From assembly GCF_018977255.1 (NCBI RefSeq), contig NW_024704742.1, positions 82,214,001 through 82,278,000 on the forward strand: a stretch of DNA of 64,000 nucleotides, given 5' to 3'. This DNA is from Callorhinchus milii. Its lineage: Eukaryota. Under the pieces are notes generated by a model. It made no database searches and had not been told where the DNA came from. It saw only the letters and a program-made list of their open reading frames with translations. This document shows, in pieces, positions 12,700 through 24,960 of the stretch; position 1 is the first letter of the stretch; each line of letters starts with the position of its first letter. The translations under genes were made by a program, and so were the position numbers.

Positions 12700-12988
12700 G
12701 GTATGGAGAATTTTTTAAAGAATTGAATGTCCACAAGACTTTTACACCAAATAAGACGCACTTAGCCCAGAGGGCGATTGGATGTGGAATTCTCTTCCAC
12801 TGTAATTGAAGGAGAATGCAGCAATTCTTTTAAAAAGGAATTTGACAGATGTTTGAAGAGACTAAGTATTAAAAGGCATGGTGAGTGAGCAGCAATGCTG
12901 GAATAGATTAGGTGACTCATGTGGAGAAAAACACCTGTGTATATTTGATGGGCCGAATGTCCTGTGTCTGTGATGTGACATTCTACAG
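12700..12988 (+). mobile_element. Old CR1 3' end
   Basis: Degenerate QR..WNSLP..FKKE.D and gatgggccgaatg motif. Confidence 0.7.
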
Positions 12989-13399
12989 TGAAATCTTCTT
13001 TTAAAATTAGCAAATATCAACTAGGTACGCCAGTTTTACCGCAAAGGCGTACAGCTGTCCGACTCACTTTCTGTGCATTAGACCCTTCCTGCAAGTTGAT
13101 CATTTTTGACCGAAATGGACAACCTCCGGGTCTTCAAGTCATTGTCGATGTTACTTTGTGTTTCTGCATATGTGCAAAACAACCAGAAATTTAGATGTTG
13201 CCCGACAAAGCACTATATAGCTTGAATGTGATTTATGTGGACCTGAACTCAACTGATTCAGCAAAATAACTCAGAATCTTGTTTGCCTTGTTTATTGCTG
13301 CCTCACATTGTTTTGATATCGTGAGCAACGAATCAACGAATAGTGCTAGATCACTACCAGCTTCCCCCTTGGCAAATTCGGTCTGATCAGCATAATACG

Positions 13400-13640
13400 T
13401 GTCTCCTGTTCTTACTTTCTATATGTAATGCATTGTATTTAGCTGTATTGAACTTCATTTGCCAGTCTTCAGTTCATGTGCATATCCTATCATATTTTCT
13501 TTGAAAGATCTTTGCTGCCTCCTCTGATTCCACTGTTCACCTCAACTTGATGTCATCCTCAAATGTAATTACTTTACAAAAGGTCTTGGAAATCCAGGTC
13601 CTTTCTGTGTAGAAGGAATAGACGGGTCCCCAATACAGAT
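13400..13640 (-). mobile_element. Old CR1 RT fragment
   Basis: Reverse complement resembles the GSVLGP..KFADD.KL..W.M.FN region. Confidence 0.55.
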
Positions 13641-14156
13641 TAGTATTATATTTGTTTACCCTTGTCCAAAGGGCACAGATGGTATCAGGAGGAACAGGAT
13701 TCAGGATAGATTTACAAGCATTTCAAGCATAAGAAATTATTGGAGTTCTTTGAAGTCGTAACTGTTGGATGATGTTTATGCTCAGGAACAGTACTTATTT
13801 GGCTTTTCAGTAAGTATTTGCTGCAGTTTCACATATGAGGCTTTGAAAGAAGATTAAGACACGTGGAATTGCTAATAGATATTTATTGAGCATCTTCAGT
13901 CAATATGTAACTGTTCTCAGCAAGGATAATTGTGTTCCATAATGTATGAAAGGCACTTTGAAGGGAGAGTCAAACTTCGGTTTCATCAAAGTCAAGACTC
14001 ATGAGGTACCCCGCTTAACATTGTCTCTCCTTACTTTTCTTCAGAAAATAGATTCCAAGTCCATGTCAGACCCTTGATAAGCAGTGAGATTAGTTTGTGA
14101 AGGAGTGTTTCATGTGGTACTTTGTAAAATTTGGAAGTCCAAGGTACACTATGCCC

Positions 14157-14410
14157 CTTGGGCAAGTTTCCTTACTCCACACAGAGCCTAATAATAATCC
14201 CTCCAAAACCAAAAACAATAATAAATTGGTCATTTTCAATCTACGACTGTCTGTGGGACATTGCTGTGCGCAATTGGCTGCCGCGTTTGCCCACAAATAT
14301 ACAGTCAATTCACTTTACAGTGTGTTCTGTGAAGCGCTTTGGGACGTCCTCCCGACGTGAAAAGCGCTATATCAAATGCAAGGATTATTATTATTATATT
14401 ATTATTATTA
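14157..14410 (+). mobile_element. 5'-truncated young SINE
   Basis: Near-identical to 5500-5751, lacking the tRNA head. Confidence 0.92.
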
Positions 14411-14699
14411 TGGCTTCCTACAATCAGTTTGGGCTATCAGTTTCTCAAAAAGTCTATTAATTTGGGTAGACAAGATCTACACCTTCTCTACCCATGTTGG
14501 CAGTCATTTCTTAAATTATTTTTATACAAGTAATCTTCTATTTTCCTTCTGATAATAGCTTCCATCATTTTTCCATTTAATGAAGTCCGGCAAATGAGTC
14601 TGTAGTTCCCAGAATATGTCACCTTTCCTGAATATGGGAACAACATCTGCTTGCTTCCAGTCTGTTGTTGAAACCTCTCCAGTCCTGACTGAGTCCATT

Positions 14700-15030
14700 T
14701 TTTTTGGGTCAGTCAGGTGACTGACACATGTGAAAACCCATTACCATGTTTAAGAGTATCCAAACCAAACTGAGATTTCCATGCATCCCACCTACACATG
14801 GAAATTCCAGAGATAGATTGTTGGAATGGAATACACACTCTCCCTGCAGAGATGCTTCCTGCTTACCTAATTCTGGAAAGTATTATAATAATAATAATAA
14901 TAATCCTTGCATTTGATATAGCGCTTTTCATGTCTTCTGGACATCTCAAAGCACTTATTAGGCGTAGGTTGGCAAGAGCCAAGGATTAAGGACCCAAGAG
15001 TGTGCGTTGGGGTGCTGCTGGAGTCTGACC
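14700..15030 (+). repeat. Unclassified ~250-bp interspersed repeat (copy 1), interrupted by a SINE tail
   Basis: Aligns with the reverse complement of 33350-33600 and with 44165-44405; SINE tail at 14886-14955 flanked by tatta. Confidence 0.8.
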
Positions 15031-16261
15031 ATCTGAAACTGCTTAGTTTGCCAATGATATTGCTGGCAAACTTTCCTGCTGCTTGTCCAGCTAGGACCAC
15101 CCTAGTGCCATGACTCTCTCATAATGCCTCAACGATGTACACATCTCTTGCTGTTTTTAAGCTCTTTGAGCCTATCTAGAAACTGCAGTATCCTCAGCTG
15201 GTTCACTCAGTCAATGAAACAATTCACATTTCAATGCAAATCACACCAAACAATAACATTGCATTTCTTTAGAATTCTTCCATTCAAAATTTCCTTTTAT
15301 TTTAATATTCACTGTATCTTAGCAGAATGCTGCCTGTTTAGTTTAAAGTTCGGCCCATTTGTCTCCAAAGTATTTGTTAGATTCCTATACTGTTCCGCAG
15401 GCTACCAACTAATCCAAACACATTGCCCAGCTGCACGCCAGCTCTGTGCAAACTCCAACTGCGGAAAACAATCTAAAAATAGCAGACGGGGAGCAGGTGT
15501 GGCTGAATTGTAATGAAAAACCTGCCGACTTGTGGGATAATGCTTGTCAATTATTTTCCTTGTTGACTGATGGTACATCACACTTTCACACCCTCTTCAA
15601 AAAGCAGTTGATGGAAATCGGAAGTTGCATTTGCCTTTCTGTGGCTGCATTTGATCTTTGAACTCTCCTCCTCTATCTTTCTTTGACTAACCAAAGTACC
15701 AAAGTTTGACATATCATTATTAAAAAAAGAATGAGGACTTGCCTTCGACTCTGATAAGATCCCTCATGAGGTTGTTTTGAGTTTCACCTTTGCTGTAGTG
15801 TAATTTCATCCTGAGGAAATTTGAGGAAATGTGTTTATTTTCCTTTATTTTTTGAGCTAGAGATAATCAGCATTCCATAGGTACCACCGATAAACTAATA
15901 ACCACTGATGTGTGTATTTTCATTTCAGCCTTCACAGAAATCCCACTTGACCCATAATTTCTGATGTTCATCATTTGCCTGTGCACGCAGACCAGCTAAT
16001 TCAGATTCCCAAAGCAGTGTATGATTCTCTTTGCTAAAAGCAGTCGATACCCTCAAGGGTCCTCTCAGTTATTGAGCTGAGAACCACTTCCTGTTAAACA
16101 CTTCCGATTGGCATCATCTTAATTGTGTTGTGTTGATGAACAGGCCAAGTATCTCCGTGGTTTGGTGATCTTTAGTTGCAGCAGATATGGCTTCTGTCGT
16201 TTGGGAAACTTACCAGCCTGGACAGCTCCAGTGTGATGGTGATTTGCTGTTTTTTACAGAT

Positions 16262-16400
16262 TTTTTTTATGTGGGGGAATTGTTGGCCAGGACACCAGGA
16301 GAAACTCTCTTCTGTTTTCAAATAGTGCCATTGTAGCTTTAATGCCTTCCTGAATAGAGGGGGCCTTGGTTTAAAGTCTCATCTGAAGGACGGCATCTGA
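16262..16400 (-). mobile_element. DeuSINE central fragment
   Basis: ttggccaggacaccaggagaaact..aatagtgccat..tctcatctgaaggacggca. Confidence 0.8.
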
Positions 16401-17195
16401 ACTATACAGCAAACACAGGGGTCTCAAAGGATACTGACAAGGAGCAGTGACCGTGATTGATTTCCCTCTCCAAGTTCAAGAGACCTCACCATGGGTGCCG
16501 AGGTCCATTGCAGTACCCCATATATCACAATTGTTGTGCACAATTGGCTACTGCAATTTACCCACAAAATATACAGTCAGTTCATTTACAGTATATTCTA
16601 TGAAGTACTTTGAGCAGACTCAATAGAGACCTGAGACCTAAAATACCACCTAGTCTTATCACTTTGTCCTAAAGTTTAGAATTTAATCTTAATTAGAAAA
16701 CCATTTTTTTCACAAAAAATAACTGTTTATTCTTTAAAAGAACTGGGTTCCAAATAAAGACTGAGTTTAAGACTTCTCCACAATTTGAGGTGCTATTAAT
16801 TTTTGAGACAAACTGATCTAATAGGCTAGGAGTAGGTAGAATTCTGAGTCAATCAAAAACTTGCGGGACTTCCTGGATTGCTACAGATTATAACCACGCT
16901 TTTGCTGGCTGTGCTTGGAGTGAGCCCTGGGAATTATGTTAATGTTGAATACTCGTGCCATTTAGAGCAAATATTTAGTTAAACATTTGAAGTTATACAT
17001 TAGTAATGAAGAAATCTGTGTGATGCCAAGATTTCCTGTTTAATGCCTTTCATACAATTTGACTTATTGCGGATTCAAAGAACATGAGACACCAGCAGAA
17101 AATATATTTTTGCATTCAGAGTATACAGCATGTTTTTTTTTATCTTCAGAAAGCCTTTTTTTAAAAATCAACACAGTAACACCACTTGTGCCCAT

Positions 17196-17410
17196 ATAAT
17201 AATCCTTACATTTGATATAGCGCCCTTCGTGTCAGGAGGACATTTCACGACACTGTGTGAAGTGTAATGATGGTGGATTTGTTTTTGTAGGCAAATTGAG
17301 CAGTCAATTTGCACAGGGCAAGAACCCACAAACAGCCATGAAGCAAATAACAATTTTATTTGGGGGATCATTGGCCAGGACACGGGTAGAAACTCTCTTC
17401 TCTTTTCGAA
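17196..17410 (-). mobile_element. DeuSINE 3' fragment
   Basis: Tail, 3' body and start of the Deu domain. Confidence 0.8.
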
Positions 17411-17649
17411 AACTGCTCATAAAATATAACGTGTGACATTATTGTGCAACACAGACAGTGAATTCTTAATAAACAAGATATTAATTTATCATTATAAGGA
17501 GATTCCTAGCTTAGTTTGCCGTGGACGTCCATAGGCAACAAAATACATGGCTTGTATTGCTTGACCCAATTAATGTGGCCAGCTCAAATAGGTGAGACTA
17601 TGCTTTCTGCATGTTTAATGAATAATGCAAAAAGAACAGAATAATAATA

Positions 17650-17785
17650 AGAAACATCTGCAAATCCTGGAAATTCTGAGAAAACAGTGCACAGTGATTC
17701 GAACTCTTACTATATATGTTTACTTCTCCATCTCTCTCTGCTGCTGATCAGCCTTCTGCAGAGTTATTGCATTTTCTGTTTTCTA
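17650..17785. mobile_element. Degenerate Penelope-like terminal repeat remnant
   Basis: ctgcaaatcctggaaattctgagaaaacag and gcattttctgttt resemble 41979-42060 in both orientations. Confidence 0.4.
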
Positions 17786-18209
17786 TGCCAGAAATTTTAC
17801 TGCTTTAAGGTGTACATTTCCCAAAAAGAAAATGCAGATGGACTTGGAAAAAAAACATTTTTTTTGTATATATTCTTGCCTTAGAACATTTGCTGCTAGA
17901 ACGTGCAACGCTGTTCCTCCACCTCATTGAGAGAGAGATGTTTAAAATAGATTCTGCACGTAGCTTGTGTGCTGAAAAGTAGGTTGCAGATGTGGTTCAC
18001 TGCCATCGGAGATTTTAATCTTTAAATAAACAAGTTTGTGTTTTTTTTTACTTTCATGGGCTAGATTCTTCCCTGGTGGTTTGGTCATGCCACACTTTAA
18101 AACAATATAATACATGACCAGCCAGCCAGAAATTCCAATTGTTTGCAGATTAAGCAGTTATGAATGCAATATATGCTCTAAAGCTGTTTACCTTGAAATG
18201 ATTTTACCT

Positions 18210-18395
18210 AAGACTGTACAGCATCAAAACAGGCCATTCGGCTCAAGTAGTCAGTGTTTAGTCCTCCACATGAACCTTCAGCAAGCCTAATCCCTCCTCC
18301 ACCCAGCCTGCTCTCCCCATAACCATCTATTCCCTTCTCCCTCATGCATTCATTGAGTTTATTCTTGAATCCATTAATGCTTTCTGCTTCAATTG
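18210..18395 (-). mobile_element. Old CR1 3' end
   Basis: aggccattcggctc 3' UTR motif followed by degenerate ORF2 end. Confidence 0.6.
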
Positions 18396-18624
18396 TGTTA
18401 TGTATGTTACGTTATCTGCAAGTGAATACAGCACAAAAGTAGTGCAGTGTCTTGAAATTCACAAGGGGAAAAATTAGGAAATAGCAACAGAAGGGAAAAA
18501 TAAAGTAGGTGGTGAGCAGAAGCTTTAAGGTTATTCTTCAGGGCTGAAGAAAGCAGGAGCCGTCCAGCACTGCTATCATACACCTCCTATCTTCAGTTTG
18601 AAAGGGTGCAATTGAGGAGTTGAG

Positions 18625-19075
18625 ACGATGATTGAGGGATGGAGGGGCTGGACTATGAGGAGAGATTAAGTAAACCGGGCATGTTCACAATGGAAAAGGG
18701 AAAGTTGAGAGACGATATGATATCGTTTTTTAAGATTCTAAAGGGACTGTATAATGTAGACCATGATAAGCTGTTTTGTCCAGAACAGTAGAACCAGAGG
18801 ACATGGCCTGCAAAAGAAGGGGGGTAAATTCAAAACAAATCTGTGGAAACACTATTTCAGTGAGTGAGTAGTAAACGTAAGGAACAGACTCCCAAGGGAG
18901 ATGGTGGAAGCAAAAAGTGTTTGTTCTTCCAAAAGCAATTAGATTTCTTTTAGGGAATAATATTGCAGGATACAGTAAATACTTTGGGACATGACATGTG
19001 CATGCGACTGCTATGATGGAGGAAGGCAAACTGTATGATCCTTCTTCTTTTGTCTAGCAAATCTTATGTTCTTAT
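18625..19075 (+). mobile_element. Old CR1 3' fragment
   Basis: Degenerate GMEGLDYEERL..LRDDMI..FKILKG..RGH..FSE.VVN; tcttatgttcttatg tail. Confidence 0.75.
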
Positions 19076-19845
19076 GGTTTGCTCTGAATGTTTGGTGTAC
19101 CAAGGTAAATGTATTCCATCCCTCGAGTTCAAAGAGGTTGTGCAGCACTACCATGAGTGTTCTTGTTGCTGCCATTATTGGACTGGAGCCCATTGTAGTG
19201 ATGGTTTCTGAACAGGATCTCGTTACCAGTCTTTACTAATTAACTTGAATCTTTGCCACCTCTCCTACAGCCAAGCATTGATCCAAAGAGCTGCCACTCG
19301 AAGTCAGATAGAATAAAGAACTATTTCTGCATTGAATTAAAAATGTTTGTATCACAAATATTATTGGAAACAATACCAGTTTATTGTTGATGTCCTTTGA
19401 GGCTTCAGAAGATTTTAATGATGTTGAAGTATTAAGAGTAAGATAAGAAAATCTCACTTCTGTGGAGAAGTAAATCTCTTTTGATTCTGGTACAGAAGCT
19501 GCTTAACCCAAACATGCTGATCAGGATTGGTTTCATTGATCTTAAAAGTTTTTACTTACCAGTACTCAAAGAATGTGAACATCAGGGTTGCGAAGGATGC
19601 TTCTGAACCAGGAAGGATTTGGTATAAGAAATGGTAATAATAATCCTTTAATAATTTTGTTTTGCCCACAAAATATAGTCAATTCACTTTACAGTATATT
19701 CTGTGAAGCGCTTTGAGACGTCTCAAAGACGCAATAAAGCACTATATCAAATGCAAGGATTATTAGTATTATTATTGTATTTTGTATAGCCCTTTGACGC
19801 TGAGAGGATATCTCAATATCTGTGCTGTATCACTCTAAGTAACTC

Positions 19846-19900
19846 TTGTTGGGTTTGCTCTTTCCAATAAATTGCATATTGGAAAGAGCAAACCCAACAA
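19846..19900. repeat. Perfect 24-bp inverted repeat, 7-nt loop
   Basis: ttgttgggtttgctctttccaata-aattgca-tattggaaagagcaaacccaacaa. Confidence 0.97.
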
Positions 19901-21239
19901 AACCCCTCTCCCTTTGGTGTCCTGCAGTAAACAACAGCAAGTGCGGTCACCAGTTAATTAGAAAATTCCCCTGGTGCTCCTGAATCCTGAGTGCTGCTCC
20001 TCCAGCCTATAAAATTGATTTTTGTTTAAAAAAAGAGATTTCCTGATACACCTTATTCCCTGTTCCTTCAGATTTTGAAGGTAAATTGATTTGAAATGTT
20101 TTCTTGTTCATATGTACTGTATGTCCTATTTGAGGGCTACCATGGCAGCCTTCAATGTTGTCTCTTACTATCAAATCCCCTCTATCTCTAACCTGCTGCT
20201 TTATCTCCAAAGCACCGGGAGCATGATGTTGCTTCCCAATTAATCTGACCTCTCCCACTATTCCCTGTGCGAGACCCTCCACTCCAATAATAATCATCCT
20301 TCCATTTGATATATAGTCTTTCATGTCAGAAGAATGTCTCAAAGTGCTTCACAGAATTTACTGTAATGTGTAGTGACTGTGTATTCTGTAGACAAAATTT
20401 CTGACTCCCGCACAACACCGAGACAGCCTTGGTCGAAGTCACAAAGGAAGTCTTATGGGTCTGAGGACAGAGTTCCCTGAGCCTTCTTGGCTTCCACAAC
20501 CACTGTTCTTTCAAATTGGAATCTCCTGCACGTCTGTTGTTGGTGACCCACCTCATGTTTCTGTGATTGTGTACCACTCTATCTTCTTAATGGCTTCTTC
20601 TCTTGACCCACACAGTAATCTGACCTGTACACCAGGATTTTACTCACATTCTTCTATATGCTCTTCCTTGGTAAAATCACATGCTGGGCTGGAGTCCATA
20701 TCCGTACAACCCACCATGATTTGCCTTTATTCATACTTTCATCACTTCAAGGCTAGACACTGTGCAACCTGATTTCTCTCCCTCAATGGAATCCATGTGC
20801 TCATCGCCCCCGTTCTCACCAGGTCACACTCGTCCTCCATACTCTTCTTCCAACCTACCTCTGCAATCTCCTCCAGTAGCACTCACCCTGACATTCTCTT
20901 TTCTAAAAACTTAGGCTTGCTACAGGTCTACAACGCCCTCTGTCCCTTGAAACAGCAGCTTAGCTTTTAGCACCAATGCCACCATTTTGTGAAACTCTCT
21001 CCCCAAATCCCTTCAACTCATACCCTCTCCTTCTGTCTTCAAAACATTCCTTCAAAAACTAACCCTTTCACCATGGTTTTAATGTCATACTAAGAGCCTG
21101 TTGTGAAGGTGGAAAAATCAAATGTGTTTTGGTCAAGTGATTTGGTCATTCTTCTTTTATGTGAATTTCGATGAACCTACATCTTTAGAGTTCTGTGATT
21201 CGCAGGTATGTCTGAGCTTGCCCTCAGATTGTCTATAAA

Positions 21240-21596
21240 TAATAATAATACTAATACTTGCATTTGATATAGCGCAATATCACATTATTGTGACATCTCA
21301 AAGCGCTTCACAGAAAATATTGTAAATGAATTGACTATATATTTTATGGGTGAAACAAGGCAGCCAATTGCTCACAGCAGTGTCCCACAAACAATCAGGG
21401 ATTGAGTAGCCAAATTATTATTATTATTATTTTTGAAGGGATTATTTCCCCCAGAAAGCGCTCCACCCATTGACTAACAACTGAGTTCCTACTTACTGCT
21501 AGGTAAATAGAGGTGTGTGGTGCAAGGAAACTTGCCTAAGGTTTCACCCTGCCGGGATTCAAACCCAAGTCCTCTCGCTTGTGAGGCAAGTGCTCT
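21240..21596 (-). mobile_element. SINE, long-CORE subfamily, head split by an L2 insertion
   Basis: Tail, body, extra ~70-nt segment and tRNA head ending at gtgctct; the rest of the head is at 24938-24960. Confidence 0.88.
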
Positions 21597-24500
21597 TTGA
21601 ATCTCTCAGCCTGGACTCACTGGGACTATAACATTGTCCCCCATTCCCCATAATGACCCATTATGGGGAATGACCCAACCATGCCTCACTGACATCCCCC
21701 ACCCCTCCCCCACTGCCACTTGCCGTTCGCTCTTAGTCTCGCATGCGCATTTTGGCTGCTGCCACTGACCCAAGCTGCTTCCCCAAAATGCCCCCATTCC
21801 TATCCTCTATCCACCATTACTTCTGATTGGTCCTCCTCTCCCACCTCCCTCCCCGACTCCTATCTCTGCTCGACTGTCCCACAGCCTCCCTCTGCTCCAG
21901 CCTGCGAATCCTCCCTCGGGCCCACCATGGCAGACGCCGTTGGCTGTCCAACAGCAGCCACTCTGACTGCCCTGTCCCCCATTCTCGCCGCAAGGCTCAC
22001 CAGTCCCTGACCCGGGGGGCCAATCTCTCCTCCCTGATCTACATTCCCACCCTCCCTGTCAATCGCCCCCATTGCCCCCCAAATTCCGCCATCAGCTGTC
22101 CCCTCCGCATCGGGCTACAAAATAACCATTCCCTCTCCAACAAAACACTCACAATCCAAGACCTCATTGTCGATGAATACATTGACATTCTCGCACTCAC
22201 TGAAACCCGGATCGCTCCAGGGAACCCCTTCCCCCTGACAGAGGCCACACCACCTGGCTACACCTTCCATCACATCCCTCGACCTAACCGCTGTGCTGGT
22301 GGTGTGGCTCTTATCTCCCGGCCCCGCTCTGCCTATCTTCTTACTCCTCTGGAACTTTTCCCTCCTTTGAGCACCTTACCCTTTACCACCCCTCCAACCT
22401 TTCCCTCAAAATCCTACTTATCTATTACCACCCCCACCTTCATCCCCGACATCTCCACACTCATATCTTCCCTCTCCCTCTGCTCCAAATGCCTCCTCAT
22501 CCTTGGCGATTTCAACCTCCACTTCACCCCCTTCTGCTCTACCTCTGCTGACTTTTCCTCCCTTATCTACTGCCTCAACCTCTCACTCCACATAACACTC
22601 CAATATCCTCGTCCACAGTCATCCACTTAACCTGGTGATCACTCGTGACCTCACCGTCTCGGACCTCACCATCATCGACAAAACAATCTTGGGCTATCAC
22701 TTCATCTTCCGTAACTCCTCAGTCCCTCTCCCCACCACCACCCAACCCACCTCCATCTCCTACCACTACTGGAAAATATCTCCCCCCCTCCCTCTCGGCT
22801 GCCTTGGAGTCATCTGAACTCATTTGCCTCTGGGCTTCCTCCTATCCTCCTTGATCACTCTTCTCCACAGCTCCCTCTCCTCCACTCTCGATTCCCTCGC
22901 TTCTCTCTCTTACTTAACCGTCTCCTATTCACATAAGTCACCCTGGTACACCAACCACCTCCACTCCCTTAAAGCACAGTTGTGTGTTGCTGAACGTACC
23001 TGGCTCAAATCCAACTTAATGGTCCATCGGCATATCTGACTGGGTCTTATCAAATCCTACCGCTCTGCCCTCGCCTCCACTAAATCGTCTTTCTACTCCA
23101 AGACAATCTTGGAAGCCAAGGACAACTTTCTCCATCAACAACTGGCTTCTCCACCCATCCTCTCATGCCTTGCCCATCCTCACCTTCAATGCCAACTGCG
23201 AGGCGATGCTGGACTTCCTCGAATCGAAGGTTGAGGTGATCCGCTCAGCTACTTTTACCCTTTTGTCTACTACATCCTACCCATCTCCCCCTCCCAACCT
23301 GGCCACTACCCTGGCCTCGACATCTTTGAACCTGTCTCACCCTCCTCTCTCACTATCACTAAAATACGCATGAAATCGACCACCTGCTCCCTTGACCCCA
23401 TCCCTACTCCTCTCCTTACTCTCTAGCTCCACCTCCTTGCTCCTCTACTCACAGACATCATAAACCTCTCCCTGTCCACTGGTACTGTTCCCAACCGATT
23501 AAAAACAGCCATTATCATTCCTATTCTTAAAAAATCCTCCTTGGACCCATCGCCACTCTTAAATTACTGCCCCATCTTCATCCTTCCTTTCCTCTCCAAG
23601 GTCCTGGAATGAATTGTTGCTTCCCAGCTTTGTTCCTTCCTCCCCCGCCACTCCCTTCACGAACCCCTCCAATCGGGTTTCGGTGCCGCCCACAGCACAG
23701 AAAAAAGCCTGGTCAAAGTGACCAATGACATTCTGTCAATCTGCGACCAGAGCTCCCTCTGCCTCCTCGTCCTCCTTGACCTTTCTGCTGCCTTCCACAC
23801 CGTCGTCCACTCTATCCTTATCCACCTCAACCTTCATGGCTGTCCTTGACTGGTTCAGATCATACCTCTCACATTGCCTCCGCTTCATCTCCACAAACAC
23901 TTTTTCCTCTAGCCCCGGAATCGTCTTGAGCAGTGTTGCTCAGAGCTCTGTCCTTGGTCCCCTCCTGTTCAATATCTGTATGCTCCTTCTTGGTGACATC
24001 ATCTGCAGACCCAACTGTACCTACCTGCCTTCACACTTGACTCCAGGACCACTGCTGTATGTCAGACATCAAGTCCTTGATGTGAACTAATTTTCTTCAG
24101 TTGAACGTCAACAAGACAGATGCTCTCCTGATGTGCCTCCACACCTCAGGCACTGACAGCATCACCACCATGGATGCACACTCCACTTTATTACGCCAGT
24201 CTGGAACTGTTGCATGTTGTTTGATCCTCAACTATCCTTTCTACCCGATATCTGTACCATGACCCACTGTGCCTTGCACAACCTCTACAACATCGCCCGG
24301 CTCCGCCACTGTCTCACACCACAGGCTGCCGAAAACTCATACACGCTTTCATTATGTCGAGGCTCGACTATGCAAACTCCTTGCTTGTCGTCTTCCCCAA
24401 CTCCTCCCTCCATAGGCTGCAGATCATCCAGAACTCTGCAGTCCGTGTCCTCTCTCGCACCAGGCTCTGTGTCCCTATCAACCCCATCCTTGCCTGATTC

Positions 24501-24937
24501 CCCTGTCTTCCCATCACACAGAGGATACAGTTCAAGATCCTGGTCCTCACCTTCAAAGCCCTCCATGTTCTTGCTCCCCCCAACGTCTGCGACCTCTTAA
24601 TCCCCTTCCATCCTGCCTGCTTCCTCTGTTCAGCAGGTTCTGGCCTGCTTCACGACCCTGCCTCGCTCGCCCCACCATTGAGAGGTAGGCTTTCTGCCAC
24701 TCTGCCCCCACCCTCTGAAATTCCATCCCACAGTCCCTCTGCCTCGTCCCCTCCCTTGCCTCCTTCAAGACCCACCCTCCTCTTCGACCGTGCTTTCGAT
24801 CGCTCTACTTCTCGGCTTACCCTCCACCCTGCCCGATCCCAACCCCCAGCTCAGGTCAGAAGCTCTGAATGTCTAGCGCCTTGGGACGTCCTCCTGACAT
24901 GAAAGGCACTATCCATATCTAATTTTCTTGTTGTTGT
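21597..24937 (+). mobile_element. L2 LINE with near-complete degenerate ORF2 (APE endonuclease + RT)
   Basis: ORF 21827..22630 has APE motifs (LQN..SL.NK, DILALTET, GGVALI, ILGDFNLH); RT motifs QSGF..HSTE, LLDLSAAF, QSSVLGPLLF; L2 tail; many frameshifts. Confidence 0.93.
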
Positions 24938-24960
24938 CTAACCGCTAAGCTACAGGACTC
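24938..24960 (-). mobile_element. Displaced 5' end of the SINE at 21240-21596
   Basis: ctaaccgctaagctacaggactc completes the tRNA head. Confidence 0.85.

Noticed and set aside
14090..14533. Recurrent short ORFs (MTVYLWANAAANC.., MGKFPYSTRL..)
   Set aside because: Chance translations of the multicopy SINE.
21827..22630. Longest ORF (267 aa) as a host gene
   Set aside because: Frameshifted L2 endonuclease remnant.
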